DNA of 63,997 bases, filler included, from Asterionella formosa (Eukaryota): assembly GCA_002256025.1 (NCBI GenBank). It is 6 parts of 6 records of this genome, joined end to end, with 100 filler letters (N's around TTAATTAATTAA, not from the genome) between each part and the next. Parts side by side here need not be neighbours in the genome. Positions count along the whole stretch, not along the records: positions 43,270 to 53,973 come from NKIB01009232.1; positions 54,074 to 63,997 come from NKIB01010059.1; 4 more parts are not named here. One strand, written 5' to 3'. The notes under the pieces are model-generated. The model searched no databases, had not been told where the DNA came from, and was given only the letters and a program-made list of their open reading frames with translations. The translations under genes and the position numbers were made by a program. Shown one piece after another: positions 50,368 to 61,484 of this stretch (the first letter of the stretch is position 1; every line of letters starts with the position of its first letter).

Positions 50368-51455
50368 TCCTCTCTGTTCCATGGTCCTTGCAAGCAGTCA
50401 TTCTGGTAACATGGCAACTCCAACGTGATTCTGAAATGAATTGTTCTTTGTTCCTTGGAGGTGAGGTTTTAATTTGTTCAAAGAAGTAGCAAAGTAGATT
50501 ATATCCTCTTCTTGCAACATATATATTCACCTAGCCTACTGGTAGATAGATTCTAGGACATAAATGTTCCTTGACTGAATACTTCTTTCAGGTAGCTCCA
50601 ATAGGAAGATTTGGTTGTTCCTCAATTCTTTAGACAAAACTGATTAGCTACTCCAATCACTCAGTTTAAGGTTAGGTGAACTTGTTTGGTTGAACAATGG
50701 GGAAACCAACATTTGAGATTTACTATCAGTATTGTCACTTACCTGCATAGAGTACACCCTTCAACATTGTCCTCTATTAATGTCCGAAGGTTATTTATCT
50801 TGGTACATAATTGTGTGTTGTTCCATCAATCACAACAACACTACCAGGTACCGTAGTAGGAAATGTTGTCATCACACGAAAGTGGAGACCTAATTGGGCC
50901 TATTATTGTATGTAGGATGTACAGGGAGAAACACCTGTGTTTGAACTCAAGATTATTAAATCCCAACACCATCAAAGGAGCAACAACAGCATAGCAACTG
51001 CCATCAAAGTGGAGTTGTCCGTTGAAATGAAACGAATTCAGACCCTTTATCATCAATTCGCATGGAGCAGCCAGCTTCGCCGCAAACTCCACTGGTGGTC
51101 CCCCTAACTTGCTTGCAATGATCTGACTTCCTGAAGTGAACAAAGTTACAAATCCAATCATGCCCTTCATGATGTGACACGAGTGAAGGAAGGACCCAGC
51201 TTCAGCATGGGGTCATCAACCACATGGCGTTGCTAACTGGAAGCCAGCATCGCTTTTTTGAGGCAGGTGGCATTAGATGGGTGAAATCAACCCCATACTC
51301 TTTGTTTGAAGCAATGTGCAGAACTGGACCCCCCCCCCAGCAGTTGCCACTAAAGTGGAAGCCAGCAAATCAGGGGCTTAGTTCTCGTAAAAAATAGCAA
51401 ATGGTGATTCTGGTAATCGAAACACTAAAGTTAGGAATTTTGTAATAGTCTCCTA

Positions 51456-53743
51456 TCAAATGGTGCTATTGTCGAGAGAGAGACACCGCTCCGAACCCGA
51501 AATGCTGAGGCACGTCCCTGCTAGCTCCACGCTTCGTGCCAAATGCGCAACAGAGTATCGATTGTCCAAGCCAAGGATGTATTGGAGCAATTCTAGGCGA
51601 AGACATGGCGAATGCATCCGAGAAACAATCTCATGAATGGCTTTGAGGAAAGAAACATCCTGAAAGCTTGTGGCTGAAGCAGCACTTCTAAGTTTCATAG
51701 CAAATACCTTTCGATTGGAAATTGCTTTGTTGCTGCATGCATTGAAAAACCAGGAAGTTAGAGCGATCGCACATTCCGATGATAAAAAAGCATAACGTGA
51801 AGATAGGCGTACCTTACGAAAGCCAGAAAATTAGAATCATGTTCCATAGCAATTTTCAAATCATCTTGCGCAACTCTTTGATCTCGCCACGATGCCAATC
51901 GGAAAGCAACGGAGTTTTCGCCGTGTTCAATCCATTCATCGATGGCGTTCACACATTCCAGAACCCTTTTTTGTGCTCCGCCATCTTGCATCGCCTTCAG
52001 TACTTGGGCAGCCCCGAGAACCGCGAGCAAACCATCAGAATTAGTTGCGGATCTGAGTCTATCAGTATCTAGAGGTGGCGGCGGTGGAGGATGCGGGATT
52101 GAATGCTTGCATAGACTTCCATCGATAGGATCTCGTTTGATAACGCTGTTACAAAAGGCGTCCTCCACATTTTCTCCCTTGATTTCTCTTCTCTTCGTAG
52201 TTGGACTTGCACTACTTTCCATAACACGAATCCCATCTTGATCCTCGATCTCGTCGCCCTTGGCAGCTACTAACGTGTATAAGATGAGTAGTTGCCGGGA
52301 CGTATGATAGTCGCCAGAACGAACTGCAGACGCCAATGCCTCATTGACAATATCCTGCAAATGATGACCATGATCATCAATACCTGACTCGTTGTTAGGC
52401 AGTACTTTGTCTTCTTGCCTCGCTTCCATCAAGAGCTTAGCCACGCTATCATCTGTTGCCCCGAAGCCGCCAGCTAATCGAGCTCGCTCCTCCGGTGTCA
52501 AAACCTCTTTGATATGGTCGGAGTCCAAGTCCAAAAGTTCCTCCTTCTTCTGCTGCAAATGTTCTTCACTGTTCGATTCCATTTGAGTTTTGTGGGCGAG
52601 GTGGGGGTTCTGAAATGGGTTGAGCGATTTTGAAACAGTTTTCATTAGCATGCTTTCCAGCCGTTGCGTCAAGACGCGTACGCCAATGACTGGCGACACG
52701 AGAAGAAGCGGCATCTTCTCGAAATGTTCCTGCCCCAATAATCGCGATACCCTGGCTCTTGTTCGTAGCAACGAAACTAAGTGGCCAAACGTTGGCTCCC
52801 TAACAAATAATGCAACAGGGAGTCCAACTCCTCTTTCCAATGTTCGCGTCAGTTGCATTCCTGTCGTAATATCAACTCCTTCAATAAGGCGCCCTAGACC
52901 CCCAACTCTCAAAAACACTTCATTGTAGGGAACCATGCTGAGACCCCCTTTGATCATGCGTCCAGCCAATTCGTAATCCTTTGAGTGTACGTATTCATGA
53001 TTGTGTCGTCGTAATCCGCTGAGCGGAACGAGGGCTTCTTGCCTCCCATTGATCAATTGACCTCTGGAATCAATATTGAACTCTGTTTTTGCTGCGTATC
53101 CCGATGGCCACGCCCATGTATTGGTCCGGGCTACCGCTTCGTCCTCCGATTCGCCTTCGTACAAAGTAGGGAGGGCAAAGACAACCCCAGTTGTATATTC
53201 CTTGGACGATCCATAGCATCTCATCTTTTTCCCACTTTCAGGAAGCAATGTTGTGGAAGTCACGAAAGAATTGAATGCAAAGTTATCGTGAGCGCTAATA
53301 TCATCATGAATGCCAGGTGAATGATGATCCATTTTCTGCGAGGTCAAAAAGCGACGCAAAAAGTTGGTCCAGTCACTGTTTTTGAGTGTCTTGATGCAAG
53401 CAAATTGCGTTGCTAGGAGCTCCAAAACTTCTCGTTCGGCCTTTGAAAGTTCGTGATCTTCAATGGGCTCGAGCAGCTCTTGAAACTGATCGTTTGCTGA
53501 CAATTCCAACGGGGGAAGAGGCTGAAGAATGGGTTGGAAATTCGCAATCGAAACACTGTCGGAAGTGCTCGACTCCGAAGCTGCCGAAGACTGACGACTT
53601 AGAGACTCCCGTCGGATATGATCTCTAAAGACAATCGAACGTGCCGATTCGTGGTACACCAAGACAGCAGGGGCGATAGGTTTGTCAACTGGATTCGAAT
53701 CATCAGAACCGAAAGATCCCGATCTCCTATGGGAGCTCCACAT
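51456..53743 (-). CDS. Hypothetical protein; exons 53743-51813 and 51732-51456 (735 aa)
   Basis: An 80-nt GT-AG intron joins NFLAFVS|NKAISNRK in frame to ORF 51456-51698; probable ATG at 53743 (MWSSHRRS). Function not recognised. Confidence 0.75.
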
Positions 53744-53973
53744 GATGTATGGCAAGACAATAATTGACCAATGTCCTGTCGATGCTGTTGATGCTGGGAA
53801 TAGAAGCTGACGCAAGCCACCAAGTGAGGTGTAGTACGACAAAGAATCAAGTTTCGTACGAGTGTGCCCACGGAGCAGCAAGACACGCCGCGCAAGGCAA
53901 AAAGCAGCAATCGCAGCAAGCCATCGGCAAACGAATCCTTGACCTTCCAAGTGAAATAATTGCATGAGCAGAC

Positions 53974-54073
53974 NNNNNNNNNNNNNNNNNNNNNNNNNNN
54001 NNNNNNNNNNNNNNNNNTTAATTAATTAANNNNNNNNNNNNNNNNNNNNNNNNNNNNNNNNNNNNNNNNNNNN
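53974..54073. other. Artificial scaffold spacer
   Basis: Same pattern. Confidence 0.98.
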
Positions 54074-56468
54074 TTGGGATGGAGGCGGCGCCATCTGCTC
54101 ACCAAGAGGAGCAGAATTGCCAAGCCTACTAATCTTCGCTGTCGTCTCCCCCAGTTTCATAGGTGTGGGTTGAGACAACTCTGCTGCTGAGATTTGTGAG
54201 ACAGGGGGTGGAAGTGAAAGACTAGTTGCTGGCGGATATTTTCGGAGATGGCATTGCCAAATTCAGAGGAATTGATTGTGCTTGATACCTCTCTTGTAAT
54301 GAGTGCAGAGAGTTGAGGGAGTACCTCTTCCTGCAGGGAAACTTTTATGGTGGCTTCAATGGCTGCGCGGAGAGTGGAGAGGGAAAAAGGCGGTGTTGAG
54401 TGCTCCAGGCTTATGTCTAATGCTGCGATATCAGTGGTGTCAGAAGTGGGAGTGGGGGCAAGAGAAACTTGAGTAGCAATATGAGTGGTCAGGGTGTCAA
54501 CTTGGGCTTGAAGCGTTAATAATGTAGTTGTCAGTTATTGGAGCTCAGAGTTTGTGGTGGTTTCAAATGCTGTGGATAATGTGCTACTGGAAAGTGAAGG
54601 TGGAGAATTATACCATGGATTGGGGGTCAGGGCCGGATATGTTGTGTCAGAGGGATGAGGGTGATTGGATGAGTGGGCTGAGGGGAAAGGGAGGGGTCCT
54701 CTATGGTTTCGGCGCCCTCTGCTGCCTTTACCATAGCGTGAGACAGGTCGTGACCTATTGTGGGAGGTTGGGTTGGGGAGAGCCGGCGTGTCAGAAAGGC
54801 CATAGGGGGTGAAATCGAGAAGATGAGAGAGAGTTGTGTTGGAGTGAGAAAGGAGGTCTTCCAATGTTTGAGTGGTGTGGTGGTGGTCGGGTGCCAGCCA
54901 CACATCTTTGGGGGTCAGGGTTGGATAGATTTGTCTCAGAGTTGGAAAGAGAGTTTCTATAAGAGATTCTAGGTAGCTAACATTAGAATAGTGAGTGCAA
55001 AAAAAGAGTACAGATGGATTGGCTGGATCTGTTTCAATGCTACGGAGAAGATATTGGGAGCCTGGAGAGGGTTCAGGGAAGCTAAGAAGTGCGCCGCCTA
55101 AGGTTTCAAATGTGTCAGGAAAGACATGTGTGAGGGGAAGGAGACCAGTGATGCGGACTGCCTCTTCATTGGCTTGAAATTCTTGCTGCTCTTGCATCTT
55201 TTGAGCATATGACTGGTCTGATAAACCTAAAAAGTGTGGTGAAAGGAAAATCATGGTGCGTTGGAATGGGTACCTGGTGGGGAACTTTGACTGTTCATCA
55301 GGTGACAAGATTTCTTGGAGAAGACAACGTGCATTGGACTGATAGGTGGGGAAGTGCAGATAACAATAGTATATGTGGAGATGGAGGGATAACGACCAGG
55401 GCCATTGACTTGTCTCCAAAGGCAGACAAAAGGGATTGCAATCTGTAGCTCTGCCAAAGCCAGTGCTGTTATTTGCGATTGTATAGCGAGACGATTCATC
55501 TTTTTGGACAAGTATAGTAGCCAACCACAGTCAACCGGGACATCTCCATGAAATTGGTCGCGCCGCAATGTCCATTGAGGGTAGGAAGTGGTTACTGTAG
55601 TTAGAAGAGATTGAATGGGTTGACAGGTACAAAGATGAATTCGGCCTTTGACTACATGGTCTGGGAGTGTGCGACCACCATGGAGAAGAGACGAAAAATT
55701 GTTGAATCGGATAAATGATTGAAGCGAGGCAACTGAAGTGGGTATTGGGGAGTCCCGAGTGATCTGCTTGTCAGGTTTTCCAGTGACAGAGAGTAAGAGA
55801 GCATAGCTGTCATGGAAGAATATGGCAGTGAGGAGGGATTGGACTGTTGTTGCGATTTGATCAGAGGAATAATTGACTGGAAGTGGAGTGATCTGTGGGA
55901 GGGGAACACTGAAGAAGAGCCAGGCTTGAAGGAATGAGGCTTCGGGAGGAGAGTTGGCGGTGCTGGGTGGAGGGAGAATAGAAGGGGAAGTAGCAGTAAA
56001 TACAGTGCCACCAGTGGAGACAGCAGAGTTGCGCTTTGGAGCAGGATTGGGTGATGGATCACTGGTGGTTCCGGCCGTTGCGGTGCGCTTCTTCGTGTTG
56101 CCATGATCAGAACGAGAGGGGGAGGTAGGAATGGGCTCTGGGCAAGAGGGGAGGGTCGATAATGAAAGCGGCTGGCGCTTAAAATAAGTATTACATGTTG
56201 ACTGAACCTTTTTTTTCTCTTTGTGAGGTTGGTGAGGGAGGATTTCGATGGGGTTTTCTTCTGATTCACTGTGGGGGTGGGGGTGAGGTATACAGAGGGC
56301 AGCGGAGGGGGAGGGATAGGAGCAGCCGATGCGGCGTTGTCCGAAGTGGACATGATGGAGAGAGTTTTGGTCAGCGGCAGCGTGTAGCAGCGCCCGTAGA
56401 CTGAGTACTGGAGTGAAATGTGTTTTAGAGAAGTAGGAAACCCGGAGGTGAGTACGCTACTATGTTGA
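54074..56468 (-). mobile_element. Probable 5' portion (ORF1 region) of a degenerate non-LTR retrotransposon
   Basis: Strong purine/pyrimidine strand skew; broken Pro/Ser/Thr-rich ORFs 55652-56353 and 54535-55524 with a following coiled coil; sharp junction with the 115-bp-repeat element at ~56470. No RT or endonuclease domain in the window. Confidence 0.4.
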
Positions 56469-56535
56469 AACTATAACAATATATCATATATATATACAGA
56501 GTACCAGTAGCAGGTAGTAAGTGATATACTGGGGG

Positions 56536-56995
56536 TAGTCGGAGTAGTAAACTAGCAACAGAACACCACATGTTCAGGACTGTTGCTACTGCAGTGGGAC
56601 AGTAAATCATCATAGTTTTAGGATCGTATGATCATAAAACCACACAACAATAGTCGGAGTAATAAGCAAGCAACAGAACACCATATGTTCATGACTGCTG
56701 CTACTGCAGCGGGACAGTAAATCATCATAGTTTTAGGATCATATGATCGTAAAACTAAAAAGCGGTAGTCGGAGTAATAAGCAAGCAACAGAACACCATA
56801 TGTTCATGACTGCTGCTACTCCAGCGGGACAGTAAATCATTATAGTTTTAGGATTGTATGATCGTAAAACTGAAAAGCGGTAGTCGGAGTAGTAAGCAAG
56901 CAACAGAACACCATATGTTCAGAATTGTTGCTACTACCGTGGGACAGTAAAGCATCATAGTTGTAGGATTGTATAATCGTATAATTGAAAACAAG
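56536..56995 (+). repeat. Tandem array, 4 x 115 bp
   Basis: TAGTCGGAGT starts at 56536, 56651, 56766 and 56881. Confidence 0.95.
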
Positions 56996-59900
56996 ATATG
57001 CTATCACTCAAACTTGGTTCTGATTTTGTATATGATAGTGAAAATAGCACTGTTGGTCTTATGGTATCATAATATGTAGACAGCGTAAAATATTATTTGT
57101 AGTGGCTGATGAGGATTCATTTCATTGTAAGTAGCAACACCTGAATTTAAGATCATCAAACTTTAAGGAAGACAACGACAACAGTTATCTAGTAGTACAA
57201 TGTCTTCAAGAAACCATAAAGAGGTTCATGGAAACAAGCGACATGTGGCAAATACTGCCGGTATGGAACAAAGAAGCAAGTACCACAATGAGTTTACAAA
57301 GAAAAAGCGAATTGGCGAATATCCAAAGCAACCCAATCGGCGATTGGGAGACGTTGGGGGTAATACCCCATTGTCGATGAGGAGACCATCAGCTACTAGT
57401 ACAAAAGATCCCATAATTGATACTGACAGCGATGATGACGTTTCTACTTCAGTTATCGATACAAGAAAAATGGCTCCTGTCGATGATACCATTAATAACA
57501 ACTCCCGGATGCAGATGGACGACATGGTACCATATCATAAATTTTCTAATCGCACGGACCAACAAGTACATTAAAAACTGAGGGAAAAACGTTTTGCACT
57601 TGCCAAAGGATATTATCAATTGGTCAATGAACTCAATCACTACAAAGGTCGTAATTCGACTTCGGTTCAAAACTCACTTGTCCATACGAGGTTATCAAGA
57701 CTCTTCAATTTCAGCAGCCTTATCAGAACGTCGTTCTCTCTTAGCTAAAATTGATCCATCAATTGTCACAAAGGTTGTGAGTTTTATTTTCAAGACCAAG
57801 AAGTTTTATGTGAACAAGTAAGTTTGATGTGAAACGGATATACTTTGTGCGCTGTGTGCGGAACCATTACGAGTTTGAATGATTTCTTCTCTCCTGTAAA
57901 CTCTTAATTGAATGATTATGAACAAAGGTTCACTGCACATGAGGATTACTCGAAGATATAATATAATGATCACTTGACCATCAATTGAAGACGTTATCGC
58001 AAACATTCATTCCGCTTGTCATCGCGAGTATTTCGTTGTTGTTGAAAAAATCGGAGTGATGACGGATGGAAATGACGATCCAAATTACATTACTTGAACT
58101 GGTACATTATCCTACCAAGAAATTCGAATACAGGAATCAAATAGAAACAATACATATAATAATTAAATATATGTAGTAGTCAAAAGGGTTACTATTTAAA
58201 TTACAAAGGCATTTATCAAATTATTAGATGATATAACGAAATATTATGATCAGATGATCATAATCCTATGATGCAAGATGGAAATATGTTAGTTTTTATT
58301 TGCAGACGTAGTACTTGTTGGTCTGTACGGTTAGAATTTTTTTGATATGGTACTATGTTATTACTCAAACTCTGCTAAATTTGATAGTTGAATTATGATC
58401 CTTTTCAATCTATTTTTAACAATGTTCAATAGCACTGAAAATGGATAACTGTAAACTGAGCCCTTGCATGATTTGCATTTACCAACTCAATGAAGTTGCC
58501 TTCACCAAATCAAAGATGCTGACAATCACAGCAGTGTTCATAATTGCCATTTTGGATATTTTTACCTACTTCCCATGTCACTTGTTGCACCATAACATAC
58601 ACCATATCATACCCAGTCTCCGCTACTATCTATAACAATTGTCCGAGAATTATGATTGGTATTCATTAGCCCTTATGGGACATCTTCTTTGGTATATGAT
58701 CCAAACTGTTAGTGCAAATTCTCCATTGGAAGATTGATGAATCTTCCAATGATATTCATACAGGAAAAAGTAGACAACTCTGTACATCATAAATTCCCAA
58801 ATGAGATGCATAAACATTATTTCCAAAGCCAGGAGATCTTGCAAAGAATGCATTGTGAAATGCCAGCAACAAGCCAGTGACCCAATGTTTCTCTCTCCAC
58901 TCAGCTCAATGTATATTTTTCCTGTCTCGCCCTTTTCTTCCTCTATTCTGAATTTTGGGCGATGCAGTGCTTAATGTCTTGTCGCTCTCCCTGCATTTAG
59001 TAACACTCTGAACTCACCGACTATTCCGTTGTTTGATCGGTTTTATTGTCCTATGCAGTTACAGTAACAATGTGAAGGAATTTGTTTGCATCAATATTTT
59101 CTAAATCCGTTGGAACTAATTATTAAGACCATTTACTTGGTGTAAGTCAAAACCCATTTGTATCATTATTTATAAACAAGGATTTTGGTGGCTAACCATT
59201 TAAGCCCCTTTTTTGGCAGGAGTTCTTCATGTGCTGTACATCATATGATCATAACCTTTTATCATATATTTACAGGACATCTAATACCGGTAACAGGTAG
59301 GAAGTGATATACTGGGGGTAGTTGGATTAGTGAGGGAACAACAGAGCACCATATGTTCAGGACTGTTGGTACTGCAGTGGGACAGTAAATCATCATAGTT
59401 TCAGGATCGTGTGATCGTAAAATTGAAAACAAGGTATGCTTTTACTCAAACTTGGTTCTGATTTGTTTGTACATGATAATGTAAATAGCACTGTTCTTGG
59501 TCTTATGGTATCACATCTAGACAGCGTAAAATATTATATGAAGTAGCTGATGATTCCTTTCATTGTAGCAACACCTGATTTTAAGATCATCGCACTTAAG
59601 CAAGACGACAACAACAGTTAAGTAGTCCTAGTAGTACAATGTCTTCAAGAAACCATAAAGAGGTTCATGGAAACAAGCGACATGTGGCAAATACTGCCGG
59701 TATGGAACAAAGAAGCAAGTACCAAAATGAGTTAAAAAAAGAAAAAGCGAATAGGCGGTTATCAAAAGCAACCCAATCGGTGACAGAGAGTCGGTGACAG
59801 AGAGTTAGTGGGGGTAATACCCCATTGTCAATGGGGACACCATGAGCTATTAGTACAAAGGATCCCGTAATTGAAAGTGACAGCGATGATGACGGGTTTT

Positions 59901-60304
59901 TTCAGTTATTGATACAAGAAAAATGGCTCCTGTCGATGATACCATTAATAACTCCCGGATGCAGATGGTCGACATGGTACCATATCATAAATTTTCTAGT
60001 CACACGGACCAACAAGTACATAACATACTAAGGAAAAACACACTTTGCACTTGCCAAAGGATATTATCAATTGGTCAATGAACTCAATCACTACAAAGGT
60101 CGTAATTCGGTTCAAAACTGGTCCATACAAGGTTATCAAAAATCTTCTATTTCAGCAGCCATATCAGAACGTCGCTAAAATTGAACCATGAAATGTCACA
60201 AAGGTTGTGAGTTTTATTTGCTGTGAACATGTAAGTTTGATGTTATAGTTTATGAATTTCAGGTTCTGTAAAACAGACAAAATATCAATCTAATATGCTT
60301 TTTC

Positions 60305-61484
60305 TTGTCCCAAAAGAGAATCAAACATCCCGCCCTATCTGGTCCAAGTAGTATGAAAGGCATTTCCTATCACAAACAGGATTGGTTTGCTGAATGTTGC
60401 TTAACTCGGCTATACACAGTGAAACCGGAGTTAGGCAAAGAAGTGGAGAGTGACCCAGAGCTTGCCGATTTCATATGGAATGGTTCTGATGCACTACTTC
60501 CGATGAATCAGACCATTGAACATATCAACAAGGCATGTTTAGATTACATCAATTCAACATTTGGTGGCATGTGCATTCTTAAAAAGTTGAAAGAATGTCA
60601 GAATGTATTGATTTATCCATTTAAAGGAGCGAATCTTAGGTAAGTTCTTGCAGGGAGATGCTCCGAAAGCATGATGTTTTGAGTCGGTGATTATATTCTT
60701 ATCAGATATGTTTCAATTTAAAAATGCTAACATAATTCGTGACACACCAGCTGGTCTAACAGAATATAGCTAACTTCCAGACTATAGATATTGATGACTT
60801 TATGAGGTGGGCGTTGACGCTTTATCGTTTTGCGCAGTCAAAGGACATTGACAGGGGAAGCCATGGATACCAACAAGTCTGGCGTGATGTTCTTGCTCCG
60901 GTGTATTTTATAGGCAGGACAAGCCGTGGAGAACCATTTTTAACAGGAGACAAATCTAGTGTGACCAAGCCAAATTTCAACTCAATCTTCGGGCACAGTG
61001 TGAATTGCAATGATCACGTTTTGTTGGTTCCCTGTTCAATGCCAGTACAGAAGCATTTTGTTTCTTGGCTGGTGCTGAAAGGAAAATTTCGATTGCAACA
61101 AAAATATTTGGGTTTCAATCCAGATACCCATAAAATTTCAGAGAAGCAACGATATTCGTCATTCTACCGATTTTGTCGACATTGGTGGGAAACCACTTAT
61201 AAAAAAGTGTGAGGAAAGAAAGTTCAGTTTCAAATGGTCTCACTGATCAATGGACTGATGATATTGATTTACTCGTTTATTATAAGGAAATCTACACTGG
61301 ACTTTCACAAAAGAATCTATCTGAATATGAAAGGAATCCTAGTGGAGTTGCTACTTCCACCACAAATATCATCTGCCCACACTCTTTTGTTGAACCACTT
61401 CAACCAAATGTTCCTGAGAAGAAAATTGATTACAATGACCGCATTAATCAATGGGACATTGATGACGATGTTGATTTTGAATGA
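60305..61484 (+). pseudogene. ORF-X: element-borne gene of unknown function, fragmented
   Basis: ORF pieces 60305-60643, 60802-61212 and 61209-61484; second copy at 21086-21540 (-) shares RWALTLYRFAQSKDIDRG..VWRDVL.PVYFIGRTSRGEPFLTGD. Confidence 0.55.

Noticed and set aside
56536..56995. 115-bp array as a CRISPR-like array
   Set aside because: Whole units are duplicated with no unique spacers, and no cas-like gene is visible.
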